Part shown: positions 1-8,652 of the stretch, piece by piece
Position numbering within the stretch: position 1 is the stretch's first letter
How the letters are laid out: every line of letters starts with the position of its first letter
Source of the DNA: an uncultured Actinomycetes bacterium
GTDB lineage: Bacteria > Actinomycetota > Actinomycetes > S36-B12 > CAIYMF01
Direction of reading: 5' to 3'
NCBI GenBank assembly: GCA_963843975.1
Contig: CAWJMG010000003.1
Span: 390,001-422,000 of the forward strand
DNA: 32,000 nt
The notes under the pieces: model-generated
What the model was told of the DNA's origin: nothing
Database searches by the model: none
What the model saw: the letters and a program-made list of their open reading frames with translations, nothing else
Made by a program: the position numbers and the translations under genes

Positions 1-287
1 TCGTCCTGGCTTCGCAAGCGCTGCGCTGGTGGTGCATCACCACGCTCGGCCCCCGGTGGAACACGCGAGTCGTGGTGGTCCCGGACCTCGCCCCCGTGAC
101 CTCGGGTCCCTATCGCTACCTGCGGCACCCCAACTACGTGGCGGTCGTCGTCGAGGGGTTTGCACTCCCGCTCGCGGGCTCCGCGTGGGTCACCGCTCTG
201 GTCTTCACTGTGCTGAACGCGATGCTCCTGACGGTACGGATCCGGGAGGAGGACGCCGCCCTCGCCACCCTGGTGCCCAGCCCGTGA
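1..287 (+). CDS. ICMT-family (isoprenylcysteine carboxyl methyltransferase-like) membrane methyltransferase, C-terminal fragment; 5' end lies outside the window
   Basis: Frame 3 is open from the window edge. The tail ...TSGPYRYLRHPNYVAVVVEGFALPLAGSAW... matches the conserved RHPxY...E C-terminal core of ICMT/PEMT-type methyltransferases. TGA 285-287 overlaps the next gene's GTG (GTGA). Confidence 0.8.
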   Translation, partial: VLASQALRWWCITTLGPRWNTRVVVVPDLAPVTSGPYRYLRHPNYVAVVVEGFALPLAGSAWVTALVFTVLNAMLLTVRIREEDAALATLVPSP

Positions 288-1303
288 TCGACCTCGTCGT
301 GGTGGGTGGCGGTCCCGTCGGCCTGATGGTTGCCGTGCACGCACGGCTGGCGGGGCTGGAGGTCGTGGTCCTCGAGCAGCGAGCCTCCGCGCCCGACAAG
401 GCGTGCGGCGAAGGGCTGATGCCGGACGCCCTCCGCCGGCTGAACGCCGTCGGGGTCGACCCCGAGGGCGCCGCACTCGCAGGGATCCGGTACGTCGACG
501 GTGGGCGCGACGTGCGTGCCCGGTTCTCGGCCGGCCCCGGCCGCGGCGTCCGCCGTACGACTCTGGTGGACGCGCTCGAAGCTCGCGCGCGGGACCTCGG
601 GGCACAGCTGGTCACCGGCACCGTCGGCTCGCTGGCTCAGGTCGGCACGCACGTCGTCGTCTCGGGGATCCAGGCCCGCTACGCGGTGGCCGCGGACGGC
701 CTGCACTCGTCCGTGCGCACCCAGCTCGGGCTGCAGCGGCCGGCCCGGGGAGCTCGTCGTTACGGAGTACGCCAGCACTTCCGCGCGGAGCCGTGGAGCG
801 ACCTGGTCGAGGTGCACTGGACGCGTGAGGCCGAGGTCTACGTGACGCCCGTGGCCCACGACCTCGTCGGGGTCGCCGCGCTCGGCACGCGGCCCCTGTC
901 GTTCGACGCAGCGATGAGTGCGACACCCGCGGTCGGCGAGCGGCTCGAGGGAGCGGTCGCGGCGAGCCGGGTGCTGGGCGCCGGCCCGCTGCTGCAGCAG
1001 ACCTCGGCGCGGGTGCGCGGGCGGGTTCTGCTCGTGGGCGATGCCGCCGGCTACGTGGACGCCCTCACCGGGGAGGGTCTGCGCCTCGGCTTCGCCGGAG
1101 CGGAGGCGGTGGTCGCCGCCGTGCTGGCCGACGATCCCGGCAGCTATGAGCGGGAGTGGCTGCGGCTGACCCGGTCGTACCGGCTCCTGACCCACGGACT
1201 CCTCGCCGCCGCGACACGCCCCCGGCTCCGACGCGGGATCGTCCCCGCGGCTGCCGGCTGGCCGTGGGCGTTCGGCCGCGTTGTGGACGCGCTCGCCGGC
1301 TGA
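284..1303 (+). CDS. FAD-dependent oxidoreductase, geranylgeranyl-reductase / aromatic-hydroxylase-like
   Basis: Start chosen at GTG 284, a 4-nt overlap with the upstream stop; the track ORF from 29 reads through the upstream gene in another frame. It has an N-terminal dinucleotide fold DLVVVGGGPVGLMVA...LE and a later LLVGDAAGYVDALTGEG GD motif. Confidence 0.8.
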   Translation: MIDLVVVGGGPVGLMVAVHARLAGLEVVVLEQRASAPDKACGEGLMPDALRRLNAVGVDPEGAALAGIRYVDGGRDVRARFSAGPGRGVRRTTLVDALEARARDLGAQLVTGTVGSLAQVGTHVVVSGIQARYAVAADGLHSSVRTQLGLQRPARGARRYGVRQHFRAEPWSDLVEVHWTREAEVYVTPVAHDLVGVAALGTRPLSFDAAMSATPAVGERLEGAVAASRVLGAGPLLQQTSARVRGRVLLVGDAAGYVDALTGEGLRLGFAGAEAVVAAVLADDPGSYEREWLRLTRSYRLLTHGLLAAATRPRLRRGIVPAAAGWPWAFGRVVDALAG

Positions 1304-1393
1304 GCCCGCTGCCGGACTGACCGCCGAGGATCGGCGCCGCCAGGATCGGCGTCGCGAGGGCGAATTGCCGCTGAGCGTCGCTAGTCTCCCGCC

Positions 1394-2542
1394 ATGCGTG
1401 TTGTCGTGCTGGGTGCCGGGTTCGGCGGTCTCGAGGTCTCGACGCGTCTGTCGGAGGCGTTGGGGGAGCAGGCGGACGTCGTCCTTGTCGACAAGGCCGA
1501 CGGCTTCGTCTTCGGGTTCTCCAAGCTCGACGTGATGTTCGGCCGGGTCGCGGCCCGGCACGTCGTGCACCGATTCGCCGACCTCGCGCATCCCGGCGTG
1601 CGCGTCCTGCAGGCCGAGGTCACCTCGATCGACCCCGCCGCGCGGCGCGTGGTGACGACCGCCGAGACCCTGGACGCCGACATCCTCGTGGTGGCGCTCG
1701 GGGCCGACCTCCACCCCGAGCTCACGCCGGGTCTGGTCGAGGGCGGCCACGAGTTCTACACCGTCGCCGGTGCGTTCGCGCTCGCCGACGTCCTCGCGGC
1801 GTTCGACGGCGGTCGCGTCGTCATCGGCGTCACCGGCACCCCGTTCAAGTGCCCGCCCGCTCCGAGCGAGACGACGCTGCTCATGCACGACCTGCTCGAG
1901 GCGAAGGGGGTGCTCGAGCGGTCGAGCATCGATCTCGTGATGCCGCTCGGCGTGCCGATCCCGCCCTCGCCGCAGGCGTCGACGACGATCCTCGAGGCGT
2001 TCGACGAGCGCGGGATCCGCTTCCACGGCGGCGTCCTGATCCAGGCGCTCGACGCCGAGCGGAAGGTGGCGCTGCTCAGCGACGGCAGGGAGCTCCAGTA
2101 CGACCTCTTCCTCGGCGTCCCGGTGCACCGCGCGCCGTCGGTCGTGGTGGAGTCGGGCCTCACCGTGGACGGCTGGGTGCCCGTCGACCCGCTGACCCTC
2201 GAGACCCGGTTCTCCGACGTGTACGCCGTCGGCGACGTCACCAGCGTCGGCACGCCGAAGGCGGGCGTGTTCGCAGAGGGGCAGGCGGCCGTCGTCGCCG
2301 AGGCGATCCTCGCGAAGGTGCGCGGCGCGCAGAGCGAGACGACGTACGACGGCCATGGCATCTGCTACATGGAGTTCGGGCACGACCAGATCGGCATGGT
2401 GGACGTGTTCTTCCAGGCCGGGGTCTCGCCTCACGGCGACCTCATCGGGCCGTCCGCCGACCTCATGGCCGAGAAGACGCAGTTCGGAACGTCCCGAGTG
2501 GCCCGCTGGTTCGGCCGCGACTGGGTCGGCGTCCCCGACTGA
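1394..2542 (+). CDS. NAD(P)/FAD-dependent oxidoreductase, sulfide:quinone oxidoreductase-like
   Basis: 382-aa ORF with MRVVVLGAGFGGLE Rossmann start and a YAVGDV second FAD motif. Conserved Cys in FKCPPAP and GHGICYMEF, as in SQR-like enzymes. No SD; TAGTCT sits 6 nt before the ATG (leaderless type). Confidence 0.75.
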   Translation: MRVVVLGAGFGGLEVSTRLSEALGEQADVVLVDKADGFVFGFSKLDVMFGRVAARHVVHRFADLAHPGVRVLQAEVTSIDPAARRVVTTAETLDADILVVALGADLHPELTPGLVEGGHEFYTVAGAFALADVLAAFDGGRVVIGVTGTPFKCPPAPSETTLLMHDLLEAKGVLERSSIDLVMPLGVPIPPSPQASTTILEAFDERGIRFHGGVLIQALDAERKVALLSDGRELQYDLFLGVPVHRAPSVVVESGLTVDGWVPVDPLTLETRFSDVYAVGDVTSVGTPKAGVFAEGQAAVVAEAILAKVRGAQSETTYDGHGICYMEFGHDQIGMVDVFFQAGVSPHGDLIGPSADLMAEKTQFGTSRVARWFGRDWVGVPD

Positions 2543-2560
2543 CGGCTGGCGTCGACGACC

Positions 2561-3976
2561 TCAGTCGGACCGCACGATCGTCGGTGGCTGCCAGCCCGAG
2601 CCGTCGAGGATCCCGTCGATCGCCTGCGCGTCGGGTGCGAACAGCCGCCAGGTCACCTCGAAGCCCTGACCGGCCGGGGTGGGCAGCCAGTTAGCGGTCT
2701 GTGTCGCCGAGGTAGGCGCAGTCGGCTGCAGGTAGACGTCCACCGAGCCGTCGGCGTTGCGGGTCAGCGCGGACGTGCTCGTGATGGCGGAGCGGCCCGC
2801 GGTGTCGGCGACGAGCTGCCCCTTGAGGTTGTAGACCGTGAGCGACCAGCCCTCGGAGGTAGGCGGCGCGGTCGCGAGGTGCAGCACGTACGACGACGAA
2901 CCCGCCAGTGCGGCGTGCGTCGAGTCGTCCCACGCCATCGCGTACACGGCCTGCTGGGGCACGAACGCCCCGAGGCCGATCTGCGAGATCACGCCGCGCT
3001 CGACGTAGTCGGTGCCGTACGTGCCGAACCCTCCGAGCAGGTATCCGGCGTGCGCGCCGAAATCCTTGGCGTACAGCGACTGCACGTCCTTCTGGATCTG
3101 CGCCGGACCTGCTGCGACCGCATCGGCGAGCGCCTGTCGGGTCACGTCGCTGACCGCGGCGTCGGTCGACGGCGTCCTGCCGGGGCCGATCCCGACCGTG
3201 GCGAACCGCTCGAGAGCTGCCGAGTCGGCGGACGGCGGCGGGAACTGATCGAGCAGCGCGCCGAGCTCGTCGAAGTACGCGATGCCCGTCGCGGGCTGGT
3301 ACGGCGTCACAGCAGTGGCCGTCGCGGTCGCGGGCGGCTGTGACGTCGACTGCAGGGGCTGGAGCGTGTAGCCGTCCTGGATGGCGTTGACGACGGCGAC
3401 GTCGCCGGCGTCCTTCAGCTGGGTGGAGCCGATGATCCAGATGCGCGGGTAGTCGACCTCGATCCGGTGGGCACCGCGCGGGACGGCATCGCCCGCCTGG
3501 CTGCGCGTCGCGATGACGTAGTCGCCGGGCTCGGTGCCGCTCGCCGTCCCCAGGTTCACGAGGTTCTCGGTGTACGGGTCGATCAGGGCGAGCACGAAGT
3601 AGTGGTCGGTCACCTCGGGCACAAGCAGGACCTGCGGACCGTCGGTGAGGTCAAGCCACGCGATCGACGACAGGCTCGTCGCTCCGGGCGCCACCACGGT
3701 CGTGCTGCTGGCGCTGTTGGGCGAGCGCACGTTGTTGAACCGGTTGACCGGGCCGAAGGCACCGTCGGAGACGTCGACGCTGGTCATCGTCCGGAACGTC
3801 GCGTCCGTGGTGAGCAGGGGGAGGCCGTAGACGTAGGCATCGAGCCCGATCGCGTAGGCCTTCTGGTACGCCGCTGAGGCGGTGTCCACCGCCGGAGCCG
3901 AAGGCTCGCTGCTGCACGCGGCCAGCGTCATGATCGCTACGGCCAGGGCCGCGGGTCGGCCGTACCGCGACGCCAT
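2561..3976 (-). CDS. Lipoprotein with DUF1254 + DUF1214-like domains
   Basis: Start moved to ATG 3976, which has an AGAGG SD about 7 nt upstream; track start GTG 3994 remains possible. Signal peptide with lipobox LAAC. The YVYGLPLL segment and overall length fit the two-domain DUF1254/DUF1214 architecture. Confidence 0.7.
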   Translation of the reverse strand: MASRYGRPAALAVAIMTLAACSSEPSAPAVDTASAAYQKAYAIGLDAYVYGLPLLTTDATFRTMTSVDVSDGAFGPVNRFNNVRSPNSASSTTVVAPGATSLSSIAWLDLTDGPQVLLVPEVTDHYFVLALIDPYTENLVNLGTASGTEPGDYVIATRSQAGDAVPRGAHRIEVDYPRIWIIGSTQLKDAGDVAVVNAIQDGYTLQPLQSTSQPPATATATAVTPYQPATGIAYFDELGALLDQFPPPSADSAALERFATVGIGPGRTPSTDAAVSDVTRQALADAVAAGPAQIQKDVQSLYAKDFGAHAGYLLGGFGTYGTDYVERGVISQIGLGAFVPQQAVYAMAWDDSTHAALAGSSSYVLHLATAPPTSEGWSLTVYNLKGQLVADTAGRSAITSTSALTRNADGSVDVYLQPTAPTSATQTANWLPTPAGQGFEVTWRLFAPDAQAIDGILDGSGWQPPTIVRSD

Positions 3977-4116
3977 GGAGCCGCCTCTGTGCACGCGTCG
4001 GCCAGGTGGTCGGCGTCCCTTCGAGGCTAGGACGGCTGACAGCGGGATGAGCGGCGGGGAGAGTCGCGTGGGTCACGCCGTCGGGCCAGCGTGTGTACCC
4101 CTGCCCGCGCATGCGT

Positions 4117-4157
4117 CGACCCCGCCGGGTCGCTCGGTGAGCGGCCCGGCGGGGTCG
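4117..4157 (-). terminator. GC-rich hairpin, probable intrinsic terminator of the 4167-4817 gene
   Basis: 19-bp stem with one G-U pair, CGACCCCGCCGGGTCGCTC-ggt-GAGCGGCCCGGCGGGGTCG, beginning 10 nt past the stop codon. There is no U tract. Confidence 0.55.
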
Positions 4158-4166
4158 GTGGCAGCG

Positions 4167-4817
4167 TCAGGCGTTGGCCTTCGCGGAGAAGATCGGCGCG
4201 CCGATGACGCTGCGGAAGAGCTTCGTTCCGAGCTCGGCATCGAGGGCGCCGGCAGCGACCGCGGTGAGCCGCAGCTGGGCACCGGTCACCTGGACGTCGG
4301 TCGCGTCGACCGTCGCGTTCGCGAGGTCGATGTCGAACAGCGCGACGCGGGCGCCGTCCGGCACGCCGCCGGGGCCGTCGGTCACGGTGCCGATGAGCTG
4401 CGGGCTGGCGGTCTGGCCGACGGCGGTGCCGCCGTTGAGGTCGATTGTGAAGTCCTTGACCACGATGCGCTTGGTGAACGAGCCGAGCTTCACGAAGGCG
4501 ATGCCGCCCGAGTGCGTGATCTCGTTCGGGACGTTGCCCGCGAACGTGCCGCCCTGCAGGCCGGTGATCGGGAACGAGAACTTCAGCGCGAGCGGCGAGA
4601 AGCGCACGCCGTCGATGCGGCCGGGGGAGACCGCGTAGGGCAGGACGCCTGCCTTGACGATGGCCGGCGCGATGCCGGGGAGCGTGGTGACCGACGTGCG
4701 ACCCGTGGTGGGGGAGGCGATGTCGCCCACGGTCAGGGCGCTCGCCGGGGGTGCGGCCACCAGGGCGGTGGTTGCCGCGAAGCCGGCGGCGGCGATGACG
4801 GAGACGAGACGGCGCAT
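4167..4817 (-). CDS. Secreted hypothetical protein (216 aa)
   Basis: ATG 4817 is preceded by GGAGGA 6 nt upstream. Signal peptide MRRLVSVIAAAGFAATTALVAAPPASA/LT. Only the last 216 codons of track ORF 4167..7193 look coding. No family recognised with confidence. Confidence 0.75.
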   Translation of the reverse strand: MRRLVSVIAAAGFAATTALVAAPPASALTVGDIASPTTGRTSVTTLPGIAPAIVKAGVLPYAVSPGRIDGVRFSPLALKFSFPITGLQGGTFAGNVPNEITHSGGIAFVKLGSFTKRIVVKDFTIDLNGGTAVGQTASPQLIGTVTDGPGGVPDGARVALFDIDLANATVDATDVQVTGAQLRLTAVAAGALDAELGTKLFRSVIGAPIFSAKANA

Positions 4818-4945
4818 GCGTGGTCCTCCAGATGAGACGGCCGCCCCGATGCGGCCCGTTGCCCCTCCTTCGGCAACGGGACCCTGCCTGGATGCAGGAA
4901 GGGCTCGCGGATCCGCACGGCGCCCTTCGTCACCCGGGCGACGAG

Positions 4946-7303
4946 TCAGCGCGGGATGAGGGGGCGCCGCTGCGGCCGCATCGGGCCGAGGTCGACGCTG
5001 CCGACGGCAGCGACCGCCAGGGCCTCCTCGAGGGCCAGGGGGCGGCTGAAGAGGTAGCCCTGGGCGAGGTCGCAGCCGAGGTCGCGCACCGACGTCGCGC
5101 TGTGCCAGTCCTCGACGCCCTCGGCGATCACCGCCAGGTCCATGGCGTGCGCCATCGCGACGACTCCGGCGACGAGGGCGCGCGAGCGCGGGTCGTGGAG
5201 CTCGGCCACGAAGAGCTTGTCGATCTTCAGCACGTCGACGGGCAGGCGGTGCAGGTAGCCCACGGAGGAGTAGCCGACGCCGAAGTCGTCGATCGCGAGC
5301 CGCACGCCGCCCTGGCGCAGACGCGTGAGCGCCTCGACGGTGGGCAGGTCGTTGCCGAGGAGCATGCCCTCGGTGAGCTCGAGGACGAGGCGAACGTTCG
5401 GGTCGACGTCGCGCAGCTCGCGCACGCGCTCGGCGAGCGCGTCGTCGGTGACCTGCATCGCCGAGAGGTTCACGCCGATGGACAGCGGCCGCCCGGCCCG
5501 CCGGGCCAGAGCCAGGCCGCCCTCGTGGGCGAGCTCGAGGATCTGGCGCCCCAGCTGCAGGATGACGCCGGTGCGCTCGGCGGCGGCGATGAACTTGTCC
5601 GGGCCGACCGGCCCGAGGACCGGGTGGGTCCATCGCGCCAGCGCCTCGAAGCCGTCGACCAGGCCCGTGGCGAGGTCGACGACCGGCTGGAAGTGGACCG
5701 TGATCTCCTCGTCGCGCACGGCCACTCGCACCGCGGCCTCGAGCTCGAGCCGCTCGATCTCGGCGCGGTGCATCGACGCCTCGAACACCTCGATCCGGCC
5801 GTTGCCGCGCGCCTTCGCGGCGTACATCGCCGTGTCGCTGTTGTTGATCATCGCCGAGGCGGTGGGTCCGTCGGGGCCGCTGAACGCCACGCCGATGCTC
5901 ACCTGGACGAGCAGCGACTGGCCTGCGGTCTCGAACGGCGCCTCGAGGGCCTCGGTGAGCCGCCGAGCGATGGCTTCCGCCTGCGACTCCTCCGTGAGGC
6001 CCTCGAGCAGGACGCCGAACTCGTCGCCCCCGAGGCGCGCGGCGGTGTCGCCGGGCCGCAGGCACCCCAGGATGCGGTGGGCCACGAGGAGCAGCAGATC
6101 GTCGCCGACGCGGTGACCGAGGCGGTCGTTGATGCCCTTGAACCCGTCGAGGTCGCAGTAGAGGACGGCCAGCAGCCCCCGCGGCGTGGTCTCCAGGGCG
6201 GTGGCGAGCCGGTCGGTGAAGACCGCGCGGTTGTGCAGGCCCGTGAGCGCGTCGTGCCGCGCGAGGTACGTCGTCTCGTCGGCGAGCCGCCGGCGCTGGT
6301 AGGCAGCAGACCCCACGGCGGTGAGCGCCTCGAGCGCGGCCCGGTCCTGCTCGGTGTACTCGCGGACGGAGGTCTGCGGGCGCGCCACGAGGTACCGCGT
6401 GGTGCCGTCCCCGAGCACGATGGGCGAGCTGATGCCCTCGAGGCCGGCAGGCCTGTCGCTGAGCTCGGCGTCGGTCGCGCGGAGCGTGCGCTCGGCCTGC
6501 TGCACGAGCGACGCCTCGATCTGCTCGTCGGTGTGCCAGTCCGGCGCACGGGTGGCTGCCTCGAGCAGGCCCATGAGGCGGCGCTGGGCGAGCCGGTTCT
6601 CGCTGACCGACCGCACCGCGACGAGGATCGTCGCAACCGGGACGAGCAGCAGCAGGACCAGCCACTGCGACGGTGCCTCGGCGAGGACCGCCGCGAGGTA
6701 GCCCAGGGTGTCCACGCTGACGAACACGGCGAGCGCGAGAGGGATCGACCCCCAGCGCAGGACCGCACCGACGCTGACGCCGTCCTCGATCGCGATGGAC
6801 ACCGCCGTGACGAGGAGGTCGAATGCGAAGTAGACCGCGCACGCGAGCATCACCGAGGCGAGCTGGCCGCCCGGGTGCTCCAGGCCGGGGTTCGTCACCG
6901 AGACCACGCCGACGAAGAGGGCGCCGCCGAGGATCGTGAGGCCGACGTTGAAGACGCGGGAGCGCCAGGACTTGCGCTGGGTGAGCATGGCGACCGCGGT
7001 GGCGACCGACCAGACCACCAGCGCCGGGAACGCAGGTGTGGTGAGGACCAGGTAGACGAGCACGCAGGTCTCGAAACCGATGACCACGTCGCCGGATCGG
7101 TGGGTGAGCGTGAGCGGGAACCGGGCCATGACGAACACGAGCCCGATCGCTGCCAGGTGGCGCGGCTCGAGGGCAGGGCTGCCCGGATTCCACTCGAGCA
7201 GGGTGCGGGCGAGCCCGTACAGCGCGACAAGGATGCCCGCGAGGAAGATGCCCACGTCGAGGGCGGCCGCCACCGATTCACGGTTCGGACGCGCGACTGC
7301 CAC
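4946..7303 (-). CDS. Membrane-anchored GGDEF/EAL protein (diguanylate cyclase / c-di-GMP phosphodiesterase)
   Basis: The N-terminal ~270 aa contain multiple hydrophobic helices. The GGDEF domain has an RPGD I-site five residues before RLGGDEFGVLL. The EAL domain has FEALARW, DDFGVGYSS, KIDKLFV and EGVE. GTG 7303 has a GGGGGA SD 5 nt upstream; ATG 7396 is the alternative start. Confidence 0.9.
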   Translation of the reverse strand: MAVARPNRESVAAALDVGIFLAGILVALYGLARTLLEWNPGSPALEPRHLAAIGLVFVMARFPLTLTHRSGDVVIGFETCVLVYLVLTTPAFPALVVWSVATAVAMLTQRKSWRSRVFNVGLTILGGALFVGVVSVTNPGLEHPGGQLASVMLACAVYFAFDLLVTAVSIAIEDGVSVGAVLRWGSIPLALAVFVSVDTLGYLAAVLAEAPSQWLVLLLLVPVATILVAVRSVSENRLAQRRLMGLLEAATRAPDWHTDEQIEASLVQQAERTLRATDAELSDRPAGLEGISSPIVLGDGTTRYLVARPQTSVREYTEQDRAALEALTAVGSAAYQRRRLADETTYLARHDALTGLHNRAVFTDRLATALETTPRGLLAVLYCDLDGFKGINDRLGHRVGDDLLLLVAHRILGCLRPGDTAARLGGDEFGVLLEGLTEESQAEAIARRLTEALEAPFETAGQSLLVQVSIGVAFSGPDGPTASAMINNSDTAMYAAKARGNGRIEVFEASMHRAEIERLELEAAVRVAVRDEEITVHFQPVVDLATGLVDGFEALARWTHPVLGPVGPDKFIAAAERTGVILQLGRQILELAHEGGLALARRAGRPLSIGVNLSAMQVTDDALAERVRELRDVDPNVRLVLELTEGMLLGNDLPTVEALTRLRQGGVRLAIDDFGVGYSSVGYLHRLPVDVLKIDKLFVAELHDPRSRALVAGVVAMAHAMDLAVIAEGVEDWHSATSVRDLGCDLAQGYLFSRPLALEEALAVAAVGSVDLGPMRPQRRPLIPR

Positions 7304-7445
7304 GGAGTTCCCCCGTCCTGCTTCAGCTTGGACACTCGACGGTACCGATATCGACCGCCGGAACACGCGACTTGAGGCGCGCCCCGCGCTGCGCACGTCC
7401 GGATGCCGGTGTGGACAGGAACGTGGAGGCCGGTAGCGTCACGCC

Positions 7446-7637
7446 ATGGCGAAGACGAAGAACGACGCGCGCGCGGCCTGGGCCGAGGCCGAGGAGGAGT
7501 ACCGGAAGGTCATCGCGCCCTATGCCGGCGGCTTCGGCGCCGCGCCGATCGACCGTGCAGCGCTCGTGGTCATCTCCAAGGCACGGGCCAAGGCCGAGCG
7601 GTGCCTCGACGCCTACGTGCGTCGCGAGCTCGGCTGA
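7446..7637 (+). CDS. Small hypothetical protein (63 aa)
   Basis: ORF with strong G/C third-position bias. No SD, but a TAGCGT hexamer lies exactly 6 nt upstream of the ATG (leaderless architecture). No family recognised. Confidence 0.55.
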   Translation: MAKTKNDARAAWAEAEEEYRKVIAPYAGGFGAAPIDRAALVVISKARAKAERCLDAYVRRELG

Positions 7638-7646
7638 GCCGGCACC

Positions 7647-8372
7647 TCAGGCCTTCCGGACCACGGTCGCCCGCGATCGGACCGGGGCGGCCCCGACGGC
7701 CGCTGCGAGGGACTCGACGCTCTCGGCCCCCGACGCTGCCGCGGGCTCGCGCAGGATCACCCACACCGCACGGACGTCCTCGGTGCCGAGGTTCTCGAGC
7801 CGGTGCGGCTCCGAGGCGTCGAATGTGACGGTGTCTCCGGCCTGGAGCGTCCACGTGTCGAACAGATGGTGGAAGGTCAGCTCGCCCGACTCGATGTAGG
7901 CGCACTCGAAGCCCTCGTGCTGGGAGAACTTCCCCGACTTCCCCGAGCTGCTGCCCGGGCGGTAGGTCACGAGGATGAACTCGAGGCCGGGGGGAGCGAG
8001 GTTCGACAGCTTCTCCCAGGTGACCCCCGACTCCAGCTCGATGGTCGTGCGCTCGGCAGGGTTGAGCACCGGGCCGAGGTGCGCGCCGGGCCGGCTCGTC
8101 GGCGTCGGACGACGCGTTGCGACCAGGCCGCGCGCTGCGGAGTCCGGAGCGACGACCTCGACGGTGTCGGGCCGGTTCTCGAACAGGTCGTCGAGCGTCA
8201 GGCCGAGCTCGTTCACGAGCTTGTAGAGGGTGGCGACCGAGGCGCGGCAACGGTCGTTCTCGACCTGCGACAGCATGCTCGCGGACACCCCTACCCGGCT
8301 GCCCAGCTCGCGCAGGGACAGCCCGAGCTCACGGCGGCGGGCGCGGAGTCGCGGCCCAGCGGCTGCCTGCAT
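7647..8372 (-). CDS. XRE-family HTH transcriptional regulator with C-terminal cupin sensor domain
   Basis: ATG 8372 has an AGAGGTG SD. HTH LGLSLRELGSRVGVSASMLSQVENDR, followed by a cupin barrel HEGFECAYIESGELTF...GDTVTFDASEPHRLEN. The remainder of track ORF 7647..8975 is upstream read-through. Confidence 0.85.
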   Translation of the reverse strand: MQAAAGPRLRARRRELGLSLRELGSRVGVSASMLSQVENDRCRASVATLYKLVNELGLTLDDLFENRPDTVEVVAPDSAARGLVATRRPTPTSRPGAHLGPVLNPAERTTIELESGVTWEKLSNLAPPGLEFILVTYRPGSSSGKSGKFSQHEGFECAYIESGELTFHHLFDTWTLQAGDTVTFDASEPHRLENLGTEDVRAVWVILREPAAASGAESVESLAAAVGAAPVRSRATVVRKA

Positions 8373-8577
8373 GTGCGTCACCTCTCGCGACGTCGCCCCC
8401 GTGGCCGCGGCGGCCCTCAGAAGTTCATCGGCACTGTACTGCACGGCGGCCGGGCTCCGGGTGCCCGGCCGCCCTCGATCGCCATGTTTCCAGCGTGAGA
8501 ACCCGCGCGGGCCGGCCCGCCCCGGCGGGCCGCTCAGGCCCCCGTCAGAACACCGCTGAACGCTTGTAAAGAAATAC

Positions 8578-8607
8578 TTGACGCTGCCGACGCAGCGTCC
8601 ATACAGT
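8578..8607 (+). promoter_or_regulatory. Candidate sigma-70-type promoter of the SDR-like/bicupin genes
   Basis: TTGACG (8578-8583), 18 nt, then TACAGT (8602-8607, TAnnnT). It lies in the only AT-richer patch of the 280-bp divergent intergenic region, about 45 nt upstream of GTG 8653. Confidence 0.55.
8580..8599. promoter_or_regulatory. Candidate operator: perfect 8-bp inverted repeat inside the promoter spacer
   Basis: GACGCTGC-cgac-GCAGCGTC overlaps the -35 element and fills the spacer toward the -10 element. Confidence 0.45.
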
Positions 8608-8652
8608 CGCCGCAACGCCGCCCCCGCCGGGGCGCCGCACCAGGAGGTCGTC

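Noticed and set aside
134-2434. 766-aa ORF on the minus strand spanning three plus-strand genes
   Set aside because: Arg/Ala/Asp/His-rich low-complexity translation with no motifs. It lies antisense to three well-supported genes. This is a typical shadow ORF of a high-GC genome.
4818-4945. Possible c-di-GMP riboswitch between the GGDEF-EAL gene and the secreted-protein gene
   Set aside because: The region folds into simple hairpins such as CCCGTTGCC-8 nt-GGCAACGGG. I could not find the conserved GEMM-type elements (the GCAAA-type tetraloop and receptor features). A terminator for the upstream gene is the simpler reading.
4818-7193. Upstream ~790 codons of the 1008-aa minus-strand ORF, and the 851-aa plus-strand ORF 4820..7375
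   Set aside because: Both overlap the GGDEF-EAL gene in other frames or on the other strand and translate to Arg/Pro/Gly-rich nonsense. Only the last 216 codons (4167-4817) have an SD, a signal peptide and normal composition.
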